DNA of 64,000 nt from Naegleria gruberi (Eukaryota). Below, piece after piece: positions 46,113 through 57,283 of the stretch. Under the pieces are notes generated by a model. That model searched no databases, had not been told where the DNA came from, and was given only the letters and a program-made list of their open reading frames with translations. The DNA is taken from the NCBI GenBank assembly GCA_000004985.1, contig GG738879.1. The stretch is one strand, 5' to 3'. Every line of letters begins with the position of its first letter. Position 1 is the stretch's first letter. The position numbers and the translations under genes were made by a program.

Positions 46113-49100
46113 TTAAGGCCTGATAGATTGTCTTGCCTTATCTAAAACATCCTTCTTAATCTTTGGATAATTTGGATGTTTCAATAGAACTTTGTGACAA
46201 ATATCAATGGCTTCAATGTTTCTCTTTGCTTTGAGAAGATTGAAAGCCAATTTGTATCCAACGTTTGGAGAAGATTCATTTGAAAGGAGCCATGCCTTGT
46301 CGTAGGAAGCAGCGGCTTCTTGGAATTGACCTTCCTTCTCGTAAATAAGACCGTTAAGTTCCCATGCCTTAGAGCAAGACTTATTAATTTCCAGAACCTT
46401 CTTTATAAGTTCCTGAGCTACATCGGTTTTGCTACTTGCAATATTAATCTCTGCAAGGAGAAGCCAACCTCTTTCAAAATCATCTTCCCATCCAGTTTTA
46501 ACTTCCATCTTGGAGATTCTCTTTAACATTTGTCTAGCCTTAGCTGTTTGCTTACTCCTTTCAAAAGCATAAGAAATAGCAACTAGAGCAGGAACATAAT
46601 CAGTCTCAACTGATAGAATGTCACCAAATGCAGGAATGGCCTTTTCAATTTCTTCCTTTGATTTACATTTAGCAATTTTAAGATAACCTTGGAGGGTCTT
46701 CTTCTTCATTGTTGATGTGTTCACAGTGGTGAGCTCTTCCAATAATCTCTCTGCAGCAGCGAGACTTTCTGAACGATTTTCGCTCGATAATCTCTTTGGC
46801 GCATTTTCATCGAGAGATTCTGTTGTGGTTTCTGGACTGAGGTAAGTTTCAATCATTAGAACTGTAGCACTTTCTCCCCATTCACCACTCTTACGAGCTC
46901 TGTTAAACCAAACAAGTGATTCTCTTGCATTGTTTCTGTACAAATGATAAATACCATTACAATAATTGTATCCAGGATCATATTCTTCCTTTGGTGAGAA
47001 GTTCTTGGCATTGATCAAGAATTGTTCAGCTTGTTCCAATCGACCAGCTCTTCTCAATAGAGTGATTAATTTCACCAAAGCTTTGTAGTTATTTGGCTTG
47101 TTTTGAAGGAATGCTTGGAAGTGTTCGATAGCATCTTCAAATTTGTTATTTCTGAACATGATATCAGCCATCATAATTGTAGCTTGTTCGTGAGCCTTAT
47201 TCAGTCTCAACAAACTAGTGCAATAGCTGTGACAGCTCTCGATATCATTATCCTTCAATGACAACTCAGCTAGGGCAAGCATACTCTTCTCGTGAGTTTC
47301 ATCGTATTGAAGACCTTCTCTGAAAAGAGCCATAGCTTTCTTGGTATCAGATCTCAAATGATATTCTCCCAATTCATAGCAAATCTTGGCAGTAATTTGT
47401 TTTTCTGAATAGAGAGTATCTTGTTGAGAGTTTTGTAATCTGGAAAGAATTTTAACTTGCATAGACTTTGCTTGCTCGAGATCTGTCATGGCAACTTTAA
47501 GATCACCCATCTTGCTGTGAACTTTGGACAACAACAAATAAATCTTAACATACATGGCCATACCACTAATGTGATTAAGTCTCTTATTATCAAGAACACC
47601 AATCGATTCCATTAGGACAGCTTCGGATTCTCTTGATTTTCTCAATTTCAAATATAATTGAGCAGTTTCATATCTTGCATCAGTGTTATTTGGATCCATC
47701 TCAATAGCATCCTTATAACAAGAGATGGCCTCATCGTAATTGTGCACAAGAACAAATGACTTTGCAATCTTATTTCTCAAAGCAAGATTCTTCTGATCAA
47801 GACTGAGAGCCTCTTGGTATGCTTCAATGGCTTTTTCTGGTTCTTGGATCTTCATGTAAGCATCACCAAGGCACAAATATCCAGATGCTGATTTGGTTGC
47901 CTTCTCAACTAGTTCTTCGTAACACTTGGCATAGGCTCTCTTATCGTTTCTGTTGAGGTAAATTCTAGCAATTTCAGATTTGGCCAACATGAAATAACCA
48001 GAATCTGCTGGAACAGATTGAAGGATTGAAATAGCGCTTTCAAAATCATTTCTGCTAATTGAAAGTCTTGCATTTGCAATAATGATACGACCTTCTTGTT
48101 CTGTTCTTTGGAACTTTTCGAGGGCCTGTTCAATGTACTTGGCAGCTTCAACATATTCGTTTCTTCTGGAGTGAATAGAGGAGAGTTCAAGGAAAATTGA
48201 AACCAATTCATCGTCACTGATCTTTCTTTGAGTGATTTCAGTTTTGAGAATTCTTTCAAGGTTTTGAATGGCATCTTTTGTTTCTCCCTTTGCTGCTAAA
48301 ACCTTGGCCTTCAAGAGGTTGTAGTCACATTGCTTGGTTACTGAGAAATCATAACTGATAGCTCTTTCAAGTTCTGTTGTGGCGAGAGCATAGTTTTCTT
48401 GGTGGTGGGCAATTTGGGCCAACAAGATGTGGGCTTGCGAACTCTTATTGTCAAATTGTAAAACTCTGGATAAAATTCTTTGGGATGATTCAAAATCTCT
48501 CATAACAAACTTGGTCTTGGCCAAGAGTAATTGAGGAAGGATGAGACCAGAAACTTCTGCAGTAAGGAATGTCAAAATTCTTGAAGCAAGAACCAATTCT
48601 TCAGTTGGAGGATCAGTTGGATTTAAAGGCTCACTTGGACTCAGTCTCATCAATTCATTTACAACTTCAAGAATGAATTGCGCATTGAGAGCAGCATAGT
48701 ATTCCAAGCCCTTCTTCTTGACTCTAATTTCCTTCTCGTGTAGTGAGAATACATCATTGAGAGATTTGGTAAAGTTTTCCGAATTCTTGTTACATCTTTG
48801 CTCGTATAAAGCTCCCAAGAATAAGAGTTCAGCTCTGCTTTCTGTTGTATCTTCTTGTACTTCATCTTCGTCGTCTTCCATCAATTCAATATCTCCAAGG
48901 AAATCCTTGTATTGAGTTGCGATTTCCTTCTTATTTTGAAGAATGAAACACTTATATAACCCCTTATTAGCTTCAATACTACTTTCATTGAGTTCCAATG
49001 CCTTTCTGAATGAGGTTTCCGAATTGATAAAATCTCTCATAGTCAATTGAATATAACCTTGAAGAATGAAATAGTCTGCCTCAATAGGATTTGCCTTCTT

Positions 49101-50165
49101 TGCCAAATTCAATAAATCGAGACATCTCTTCAGCAGTTCTTCCCTTCCTTCTGTCAGTGAGTAGAAGGTCTTAGCCAAAGTGAAGCATAATTTATCATTC
49201 TTGGATTCCTTCTTTGTAATTGATTTGAATAATTCGTTAAACTGGTTCACAAGATCCTCATATTGCGATCCTTTAACAAAATAGAATAATAAATTAATAT
49301 ACATGGCATCAACGTTGGAAGGATCTTGTTTTTGAATTCTCAGAGCTGTATCCCTGCATTGGTTCCAATCATCAATTTGCATTAATAATCCACATTTTTC
49401 AGTCAGAGCAGGAACGAAGTTTGGAAAACTTAAACTGACTTGACTGCAAATATCAATAGCCTGTTGAATCTTGTTTTGTTTTTCAGCATTGTAAACTTTT
49501 CCCATAAGAGCATCCACATTTTTAGGATCAAATTTAATACAAGCATCAAACAATTGTTCACAATCCACAAGTTCAATTTCCTCATCCATAACAGTCACCC
49601 AAGCTTTTACAGTATCCAAATTAGAGTAAGGGTCACGATATCTATCATCAATCTATTCATCATTTAACTTGGTTGGAATTAAAAATCAACTTACATCTTC
49701 CAATAAACTTCTTGCCTCATCAAATTCACTCATGTGCAAATACAACATGGCTGCTTGAAGTTTGGCAGAGTTTTGAGCTGATCCTTTTTCCATTTCAACA
49801 AAAGTCTTTAAATTTTCAATTTCTTGTTCATCTTGGTGAGCTGATTGTTCGTGAGCAAAAATCAAACCAATATACGCAGCTAATTGTACCTCCTTTCTTT
49901 CCTTAATCGTGTTGTATCCCTTTATTGCTTCAGTTAAATTTCCTTGCATACAATGACTATAAGAGTGCCACAATCTAATCACTGGATCTTCTCCTCTCGT
50001 GAGAAAAGTCTCACACATTTCCGTGATACTAGAGAAATACTTTTTCCTACAATTATAATTAATATATCCCTGAAGTTCTCCGACACTTGTGATTGTACTC
50101 CCCTTCAGAGCAGAGAGTGTTGTATTACCTTGCATGGCGCCCATACCAACAGATTGCCTCATCAT
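46113..50165 (-). CDS. TTC21B: intraflagellar transport protein IFT139 (TTC21B/THM1) homologue, all-TPR, about 1325 aa; exons 50165..49694 and 49652..46113
   Basis: GTAAGT donor at 49693 and gaatAG acceptor at 49653 (41-nt intron), phase 0, joining …SLLED/IDDRYRDPY… N-terminal block YINYNCRKKYF…GEDPVIRLWHSY…GNLTEAIKGY matches the conserved TTC21B N-terminus (INYYCQERYF…DPV.R…G.LTEA) as recalled from memory. More than 20 TPRs throughout. Confidence 0.75.
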
Positions 50166-50373
50166 TTTTTTTTAGCTTTAATTGTTCTGTCTTGGTTCAA
50201 AAATTGTACTTGGGTTTTGTATACTGATTTGGCGGGAAAATCTGCTATTGTTGAATACACTCATTTATTCAATTAACAACATTAGAGATTGGTCAAGAAA
50301 ATGCACCAATTCATATTATCATACACAATCTTAAAGTGGTCTAAGAATGTCTGAGAAAATCAATAAGTTTATT

Positions 50374-50616
50374 CTAAAAGTCACTTCTTTTGAGTGGTGT
50401 TGGATCCTTCTTATCTTTCATTTGGTCAAAGGAACCTCCACCGAATAAATCTTCCTTCTTTCCTCTTTCTCCCAAATCAGATTGATAAACATCACCAATG
50501 GATTTATCTTCTTGGCTGCCTAGATTTGAATTCGATTGCAATTGTTGTTGCTTATCCTTCTTGTTTTTCGAATAATCTTGAGTGTTTTCCTTAACCCTGA
50601 GTTCGGATGGATTCAT
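50374..50616 (-). CDS. possible small hydrophilic (Lys/Asp/Gln-rich) protein, 80 aa
   Basis: ORF MNPSELRVKENTQDYSKNKKDKQQQ… with no hydrophobic segment, lying in an otherwise gene-free 570-bp gap between two minus-strand genes. Could equally be non-coding. Confidence 0.25.
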   Translation of the reverse strand: MNPSELRVKENTQDYSKNKKDKQQQLQSNSNLGSQEDKSIGDVYQSDLGERGKKEDLFGGGSFDQMKDKKDPTPLKRSDF

Positions 50617-50742
50617 CTTTTTTGATTTGTTCTAAATCATTCGAAACTGGTTATCACATTATTAATAGATTATAAACAATTTGAGTATTCTTCCAAAAAC
50701 AAAGTCTATAATTGTCCATTTCCATTCCAAACAATACTTTAT

Positions 50743-52329
50743 TTAAAAAGTATAGGAATCAGATTGAGAAATTTCTGAAGCAAGATAGGATTGGCGATTG
50801 AAGGCTGAATCAGAAACAGAGAATTCTTTAGTTTCTGGATTGTAACCTGTGGCCAACACGTAATGTTCAGTCTTCTTTCCTTGTGGCTTTTTCAATTTCA
50901 AAATAACCAATCTTCCACTACAGACATTTTTGGCAGCAATACCAATGATATCGGTTGTTCTTCCAGAATATCTCACTCCAAATTTACCAATTGAGGACCA
51001 AACAAAGAGATTTCCACTTGCATATCCCTTATTATCCTTCAACCATTGATTTAAATCTCTTGGATTCATATTTGACTTTCCAATACCATTCAAACCAGCA
51101 GCAATGGCATTAAGCAAACAACCTGCTTGACAAATTGTCTTACTTGATGATCCGAGAGAAATACTTCCCCATTGAGAATCACATTGTTTAAAAACTGGGA
51201 ACTGGGATGGTGTATATCCTGGATTACAAGTACTGGTTTGAGAAGTTGGTGGATTCTCAGTTGGTGTGGTTGGTGTTTCAGGTTGAGTTGGTGTATTTGG
51301 TGTTTCTGGTGTAGTTGGAGTTTTTGGAGTTTCAATAGTGTTCTTAATTTTTTTGTAAGTATTCTTAACCTTCTTGACAGTATTCTTGACCTTATTAACA
51401 GTGTTAGTGACCTTAGTGACAGTATTCTTAACCTTCTTGAATGTATCCTTAACCTTTGAGAAGAAACTCTTCTTCTTTTTCTTCTTCTTTTCTTGAACTG
51501 GTGGTTGAGGAGTGACTGGTGTAACAGGAGGTGTACTTGGTGTTTCTGGAGTGACTGGAACAGTAGGAACAGTTGGTGTTTCAGGTTGAGTTGGTGTAAC
51601 AGGAGTAACAGGTGTAGTTGGTGGAGTTACTGGAACAGTTGGTGTTTCTGGTTGCTTTGGAGTTTCTGGAACAGTTGGTGGTGTAGTTGGAGTTTCAGGT
51701 TGAGTTGGAGTGGTTGGAGTTTCTGGTTGTTGAGATGGTTGTTGTGGACGAATTGGAGTTGGTGGTTGTCTATTGACAATAACTCTTCTTCTTCCTCTTC
51801 TTCTTTCCTCTGGCACTTCCAATTCGAAACTAATGTTCACATTTTGTGGTTGTTTGGAATTAGCAGCAGCAGCGGCACTTGAAGCAGCAGCACTAGCAGC
51901 AACAGGTTGTTGAACTACAATAGTTTGTGGTTGTTGAATGACAGGTTGTGGAACATTGACAACTATTTCTCTACCTGGAAAGGTGCATTTTGATGAGCAT
52001 GATGAAGAACATTTAGATTTCCTTGTTTCCTTCTTCTTTCCAACAATCTTGACAATGATTTTATCCTTTCTCTTGTTGTTTTTTCTTTTTGATTTTTTAC
52101 ATTTCTTCTTGTTTCCAATAGTTTTAATGACAATCTTTCTCTCAGAAGAATGACGTTTCTTTCTTGATGAAGTTGATGATGCAAACAAATCATCGGTTAA
52201 GTAAACTTGTTGAATAGAATCATCATCATCATTGGTAGAAATTCTGACTCTCCTTCCGGAAGAAGAAGCCAAAACAACACTCAACAATAAACAAATCAAC
52301 AATGTACCCAACAAGAGTGAAATCTTCAT
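50743..52329 (-). CDS. secreted protein: signal peptide, basic region, Pro/Thr-rich mucin-like repeats, KVKNTV repeats, C-terminal papain-fold (Peptidase_C39-like) domain
   Basis: 528-aa single exon. Signal MKISLLLGTLLICLLLSVVLASS. Repeats PETPTTP/PTQPETPTVP and KVKNTVTKVTNTVNKVKNTVKKVKNT. C-terminal domain with Q…CQAGCLLNAIAAGLNG (Cys), EHYVLATGYNPETKEF (His), SDSA (Asp), matching the C39-like catalytic-triad order. Confidence 0.7.
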   Translation of the reverse strand: MKISLLLGTLLICLLLSVVLASSSGRRVRISTNDDDDSIQQVYLTDDLFASSTSSRKKRHSSERKIVIKTIGNKKKCKKSKRKNNKRKDKIIVKIVGKKKETRKSKCSSSCSSKCTFPGREIVVNVPQPVIQQPQTIVVQQPVAASAAASSAAAAANSKQPQNVNISFELEVPEERRRGRRRVIVNRQPPTPIRPQQPSQQPETPTTPTQPETPTTPPTVPETPKQPETPTVPVTPPTTPVTPVTPTQPETPTVPTVPVTPETPSTPPVTPVTPQPPVQEKKKKKKKSFFSKVKDTFKKVKNTVTKVTNTVNKVKNTVKKVKNTYKKIKNTIETPKTPTTPETPNTPTQPETPTTPTENPPTSQTSTCNPGYTPSQFPVFKQCDSQWGSISLGSSSKTICQAGCLLNAIAAGLNGIGKSNMNPRDLNQWLKDNKGYASGNLFVWSSIGKFGVRYSGRTTDIIGIAAKNVCSGRLVILKLKKPQGKKTEHYVLATGYNPETKEFSVSDSAFNRQSYLASEISQSDSYTF

Positions 52330-52818
52330 GTTGTTTTAATTTTTTCAAGATGAGGGAGTGAAATATGAAGGATAGCATTGTGAACAGAGTGACTCGATCT
52401 GAAAGAATATCAGGAAGGTCATGTCGAATCGTTTAATTTTGGAATACAAAATTGGAAGGTTAAAAAGTCAATGAGTATTATCATCACCACAGAATTTCTC
52501 ATTTTCCTCCATAACTTTACTTTAAATATCAATATTGATATTTGCAAAATTGATTTATCATCACAATCATAGTGATGGTATTAATGTGCTATTATTATCT
52601 TCAACAGCGGGTTGAACATCACAATGATGATCGGTGCAAGTTCATATTGCAGAATAATCAAAACACAAAAAATTATCTAGAAAATTCTCTCTCGTGCAGG
52701 AACAATCGCAATAGCAGCACCCTGGTAGTGAATATTATAAATAATTAATTTGTTCTTGTTGTATTAATAATATAGTAAAATAGTAATATAAATATAATTG
52801 TAAAATTAGCTGATCATC

Positions 52819-54217
52819 ATGAGTGACTTGGATAATATGTTTGGAGACTTGGAAATTGATGACTCAAACATTCCTGAACCTCCTCAAGTTGTTGAAGGGG
52901 AAAAGAAGGAAAAGAAACTTGTCTATAAGGATATGAATGCTCAGGGTATGAAGCAAATATTCGACAGAGAGGAATATAGTGATTTTAGAGTAATTCTACA
53001 ACAAACAGGAAAGACTGTCTATGTATATAAGGGTATTTTAGCAGCTAGAAGTGAATTCTTCAAGGCGATCACTGAAGGAGGGTTCTCTGAAAAAACTGAC
53101 AATGAATTAGTGGTGGATGATGAAAGTGAGGAAAAGGCTCTCCTTCCACTTCTTGAATTTTGTTATACAGGTGAAATTTCCATCCCAGAACACGAAGTTC
53201 TTGCATACTACTTTATTTCTGACAAGTATCAAGTTTTGTCTTTGAAATCAAAATGTTCCGATTTCTTAGTTGGTAATTTGAAACCAGAAAATGCTGTAGA
53301 AAACTTTGTAGAATATTACACTGCAGCAGAGAGAACAGCTGGAATTGCAGATGAGTTGACAGAAAAAATCATCAAGAGAAGTGTTTTGTACATTCTTAAA
53401 AACTTTTCTGTAATTTGTAAAAGTCCAGAAAAGAGACAAATCATGTTAAATATGGATTTTGAAATGTTGAACAGATGGTTGTCACCTTCTATTGAAGCAA
53501 AGGAATTGAGAGGTATCAATAGTGATCCATCTACTTTTTTGAGATTCATGTTGGAATGGGTTTCTCAAGATATTTCCACCAGAGGATCACATCTTCCTGA
53601 ATTAGTTCAAATGGAAAAGAAGGTTGAATACGGAACTGTTTCAATCTTGAGAGATGATGGTGCTGAACTTCAATCCATTTATGGAGAACCAGAATTTATT
53701 TATGAAACATCTGCAACTGAGATTTCTGGAGCCAAAATTACCAAAAAGACAGCCAACTATTCAAGCATTTATGTCAATACAATGTTGGGCTATGGATCAT
53801 CAACAGCTGTTATTAGATGGAAGGTCAAGATTGTGACATTCAATTCTTGGATTGGTATTGGTGTTGCTATGAGAGATGGTAAGTGTCAATAATTATTTTT
53901 GATGATTTAACTTTATTCTAGTTGTTGAAAAGAAGAAGCTCACATTCTCACCATATGATAAGCATGGTACTTATATGCTTAGTCAAAATGGTTATATTTG
54001 GAATCAATTCATGAAGGGATCTACTAAATATGAATCAGTTGGTTGCAGCTTTACAGTTGGTGATGTTGTGATTCTTGAATTGGTTTGCGCAAAGAAGGAA
54101 TTGAACTTTTACAAGAATGATACAACAAACAAGCTTGCATCCTTTTCGAATATCAAACTCCCAGTTTATCCAAGCTTTATGCTTTGTGGTACAGAATGCA
54201 TTGAGTTCAGTACGTAG
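52819..54217 (+). CDS. BTB/POZ domain protein with C-terminal SPRY/B30.2-like domain; exons 52819..53878 and 53922..54217
   Basis: GTAAGT donor at 53879 and ttctAG acceptor at 53921 (43-nt intron), phase 1, joining …VAMRD-G/V-VEKKKLTFSPYD… BTB: SDFRVILQQTGKTVYVYKGILAARSEFFKAI…LLPLLEFCYTGEI. Confidence 0.75.
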
Positions 54218-54399
54218 TTTTTTTGTAATATTTTCAATTTTAACAATTCAATTTTAATTTTAAATATTTTCATACTATATTATATTAGATTGGGATCTCG
54301 AAGAGAGTGAATTTTAATTCATAAACAATTATTGCTGTTAAAAGAAAACTTCAATAAAATGTAATAATATTATTTATTTAAAAAATATTAAAATAAAAA

Positions 54400-54711
54400 A
54401 TGATAACATCAACAGTGAAGAATCCAAACCGTTCCCAAATCCTCATCCTCTACAGAAAATTGCTCCGAACTGGCTATCAATGGCCAAGATGGGAAACATC
54501 AGCCGATAATGCTTTCATGGGAGATTATATTTTGGATAAAACAAAAAGAGAATTTAGAAAAAACATCTCAGCAGTAGAAACTGGACCACTCATGGAAAAG
54601 GCTAGAAAGGAATTGAGATTTTTACACACTCTCCAAGCCGACTATTTCAAGAAACAATTTGTGTTGAAGAGAAATTATGCCGAAGCTGCTGAAGAAATCA
54701 AGCATGATTAA
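54400..54711 (+). CDS. LYR-motif (Complex1_LYR family) small protein, likely mitochondrial
   Basis: 103-aa ORF. ILILYRKLLRTG…F is the L-Y-R-K…F signature of LYRM proteins. ATG after an A-rich leader. Confidence 0.6.
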   Translation: MITSTVKNPNRSQILILYRKLLRTGYQWPRWETSADNAFMGDYILDKTKREFRKNISAVETGPLMEKARKELRFLHTLQADYFKKQFVLKRNYAEAAEEIKHD

Positions 54712-54906
54712 ATTATATTTTGAACATTTTTAGAGTTGTAGAATAGGAACACACAATATTGGATTTGTTCTATTAGTAATTATATAGTATTTGATGACAA
54801 AACAAATTTCGTTGAATATTTATATATTTCGGATTGGACTAACCAATTACATTGGAATTTTTGATTTGAATAAAATCATCATTTAGGAATTTAATAAGTT
54901 TGAAAA

Positions 54907-57088
54907 TTATTGATTGTCAACCTTGATGAATAATTCCTTCAATTGGTCTTCTTCAACTTCTCCTGGAGCTTGTGTCATGATTTCATTTCCAGAACTAGAT
55001 TTAGGGAAAGCAATAACATCTCTGAGAGTCTTGGCCTTATCTTCACCACACAACAAACAAATCAATCTATCAAAACCTAAAGCCAAACCACCATGAGGAG
55101 GAGCACCATAACTCAAAGCTTCAATAAGGTGACCAAATCTGACCATAGTTCTCTCTTCTCCGAGTTCCAAAACCTTTTCCAAAACATACTTTTGCATGTC
55201 AGCTTGATGGATACGAATAGAACCACCACCCAATTCAACACCATTCAAAACACAATCGTAGTGTTGACCACGAACCTTCAAAATGTCATTAACATCATCA
55301 CTGTACAAGAGCGGAATATCTTCAGCATGTGGAGCAGTGAATGGATGGTGCATTGCGGAGAGACCTCGTGATGTGTGTAAGTGAGCTTGACCATGTTGAT
55401 CTTTGGCTCTTTCGAAAAGTTGGAAATCAATAACCCACAAGAAACGATACTTTTCTTCAATGGTATTGAATTGATAGATACCTTGTTCGGTCATGTACTT
55501 GGCACATTGTTCTCTAACTCTACCCAATCCCTTAACAGTAGTTTCCCATTCCTTATCAACAGAGAGAATCAACATATCACCTTCCTTAAGATCCAATTGT
55601 TCTCTCAATTTAGCTTGTTGTTGTTCAGTGAGCTTTCCATTCAAGAATGGTTCTTCAGGCTTACCAATCTTGGTGGAAATGATGAGACGAGTCTTTTCAA
55701 CACTCTTGGCCTTTTCAGTGAATTGGTCAATGATCTTTCTAGTCATTGTAGCACCAATTTGTTTAGCCTTAAGGGCATAAACGAAACCAGCATCAGCAAC
55801 AGTTTGATTGACAATTTCAATTTGAGATTTTTCATTCTTGAAAATTTCAGTAACATTCTTAAACTTTAAATCTTCATATCTCAAATCTGGCTTGTCACTT
55901 CCGTACATCTAATTATAATGAATATTATAAGATGATGATTATTTGAAAAACTTACATCCATAGCATCTCTATATTTCATTTGTTGGAATGGAGTCTTGAT
56001 ATCAATTCCTAAAATATCCTTCCACAACATTTTGATGAAATTTTCAATGAGAGCATAAATATCCTTTTGAGTGAGGAAAGACATTTCAAGATCGATTTGG
56101 GTGAATTCTGGTTGTCTGTCCATTCTTCCTGATTCATCTCTGTAACATCTGGCAATTTGGAAATATCTATCCATACCACCAACCATGAGAAGTTGTTTGT
56201 ATTGTTGTGGACTTTGAGTGAGAGCATAGAATTTACCCTTTTGCCTTGTTGGAACCAAGAATTCCCTGGCACCTTCTGGTGTTGATTTAAAGAGAGTTGG
56301 TGTTTCAATTTCCAAAAATCTATTCATTTCACCAAAGTATTTTCTAGTGATGGCAAGGGCCTTTGATCTAATTGACAAATTTTCAACCAATTGTCTTCTT
56401 CTCAAATCCAAATATCTATACTTGAGTCTGATTTCTTCTTCAGCATTAACCAATTGCAATGGCAAGGTCTTGGCCTTATTGAGAAGTAACAATTCAGTAG
56501 CTTCAATTTCATAGGCGCCAGTCTTCATGTTTGGATTCATCATCTCCGATGGACGTTTAGAGACAACACCACTCACAAAAACTACACTTTCATTCTTGAT
56601 TTCATTATCCTTCAAATATTCAATCACTAATTTTCACATTTTCACACCAATGATGACACACAAATAAACAATTTACAACAGATTCTAAAAAACCTACATT
56701 CTTTCTTCTTCAACATGACTTGAACAACTCCACTCACGTCACGCACAGTAACAAAAACACATTCATTTTGATTGATAATACGAATATTTTCCACCCATCC
56801 ATTCAACTTGACTTGTTTTCCAACAAGTTCATCACCAACAACTTCTCCACAATATTGATTTCTTTGATATGATTCTCCAAATGCAATTGTTTGATTCTCC
56901 GAACGAGCCTTGATAGATGAAGAAAAATTCATCATACATTCCTTGTTATTATTAAATGATGATAATGATTGATTGTTCTTCAATGTAGAGAGATTTGTAA
57001 TTCCGGAAAAAACAGCCTTTGAATTTCTCTTTAAAAGATTCCTAGCTGAGGAGGCGGAGAGCAAAGCTTTGGTTTGGTTGCGAAGCAT
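54907..57088 (-). CDS. aspartyl-tRNA synthetase, bacterial/mitochondrial type (DARS2-like); exons 57088..56697, 56626..55956, 55908..54907
   Basis: GTAGGT donor at 56696 and aaattAG acceptor at 56627 (70-nt intron, phase 1). GTAAGT donor at 55955 and aattAG acceptor at 55909 (47-nt intron, phase 0: …YRDAMD/MYGSDKPDLRYED). N-terminal presequence plus OB anticodon-binding domain. Class II motifs: FQIARCYRDE, RQPEFTQIDLEMSF, GGSIRIH, GGLALGFDRL. Confidence 0.85.
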
Positions 57089-57283
57089 TTTTTTTCAATT
57101 TTGTTTTTTTAAATTCTCTCGCTAGGACCTTTTTTGGTTAATTCTACGATTTACTTTTATAATATTTATAATAATACAGTATTTAATATTTATAATTACA
57201 TTTAATATTTATATTTAATACATATAATAATATTTAATATTAATAATAATACAGTATTTAATATTTAAAAAATTGTAAAATAT

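Noticed and set aside
57100-57283. AT-rich direct repeats (…aataatacagtatttaatattta… twice) between AspRS and TrpB
   Set aside because: Simple low-complexity spacer/promoter DNA. No coding or RNA-gene signature.
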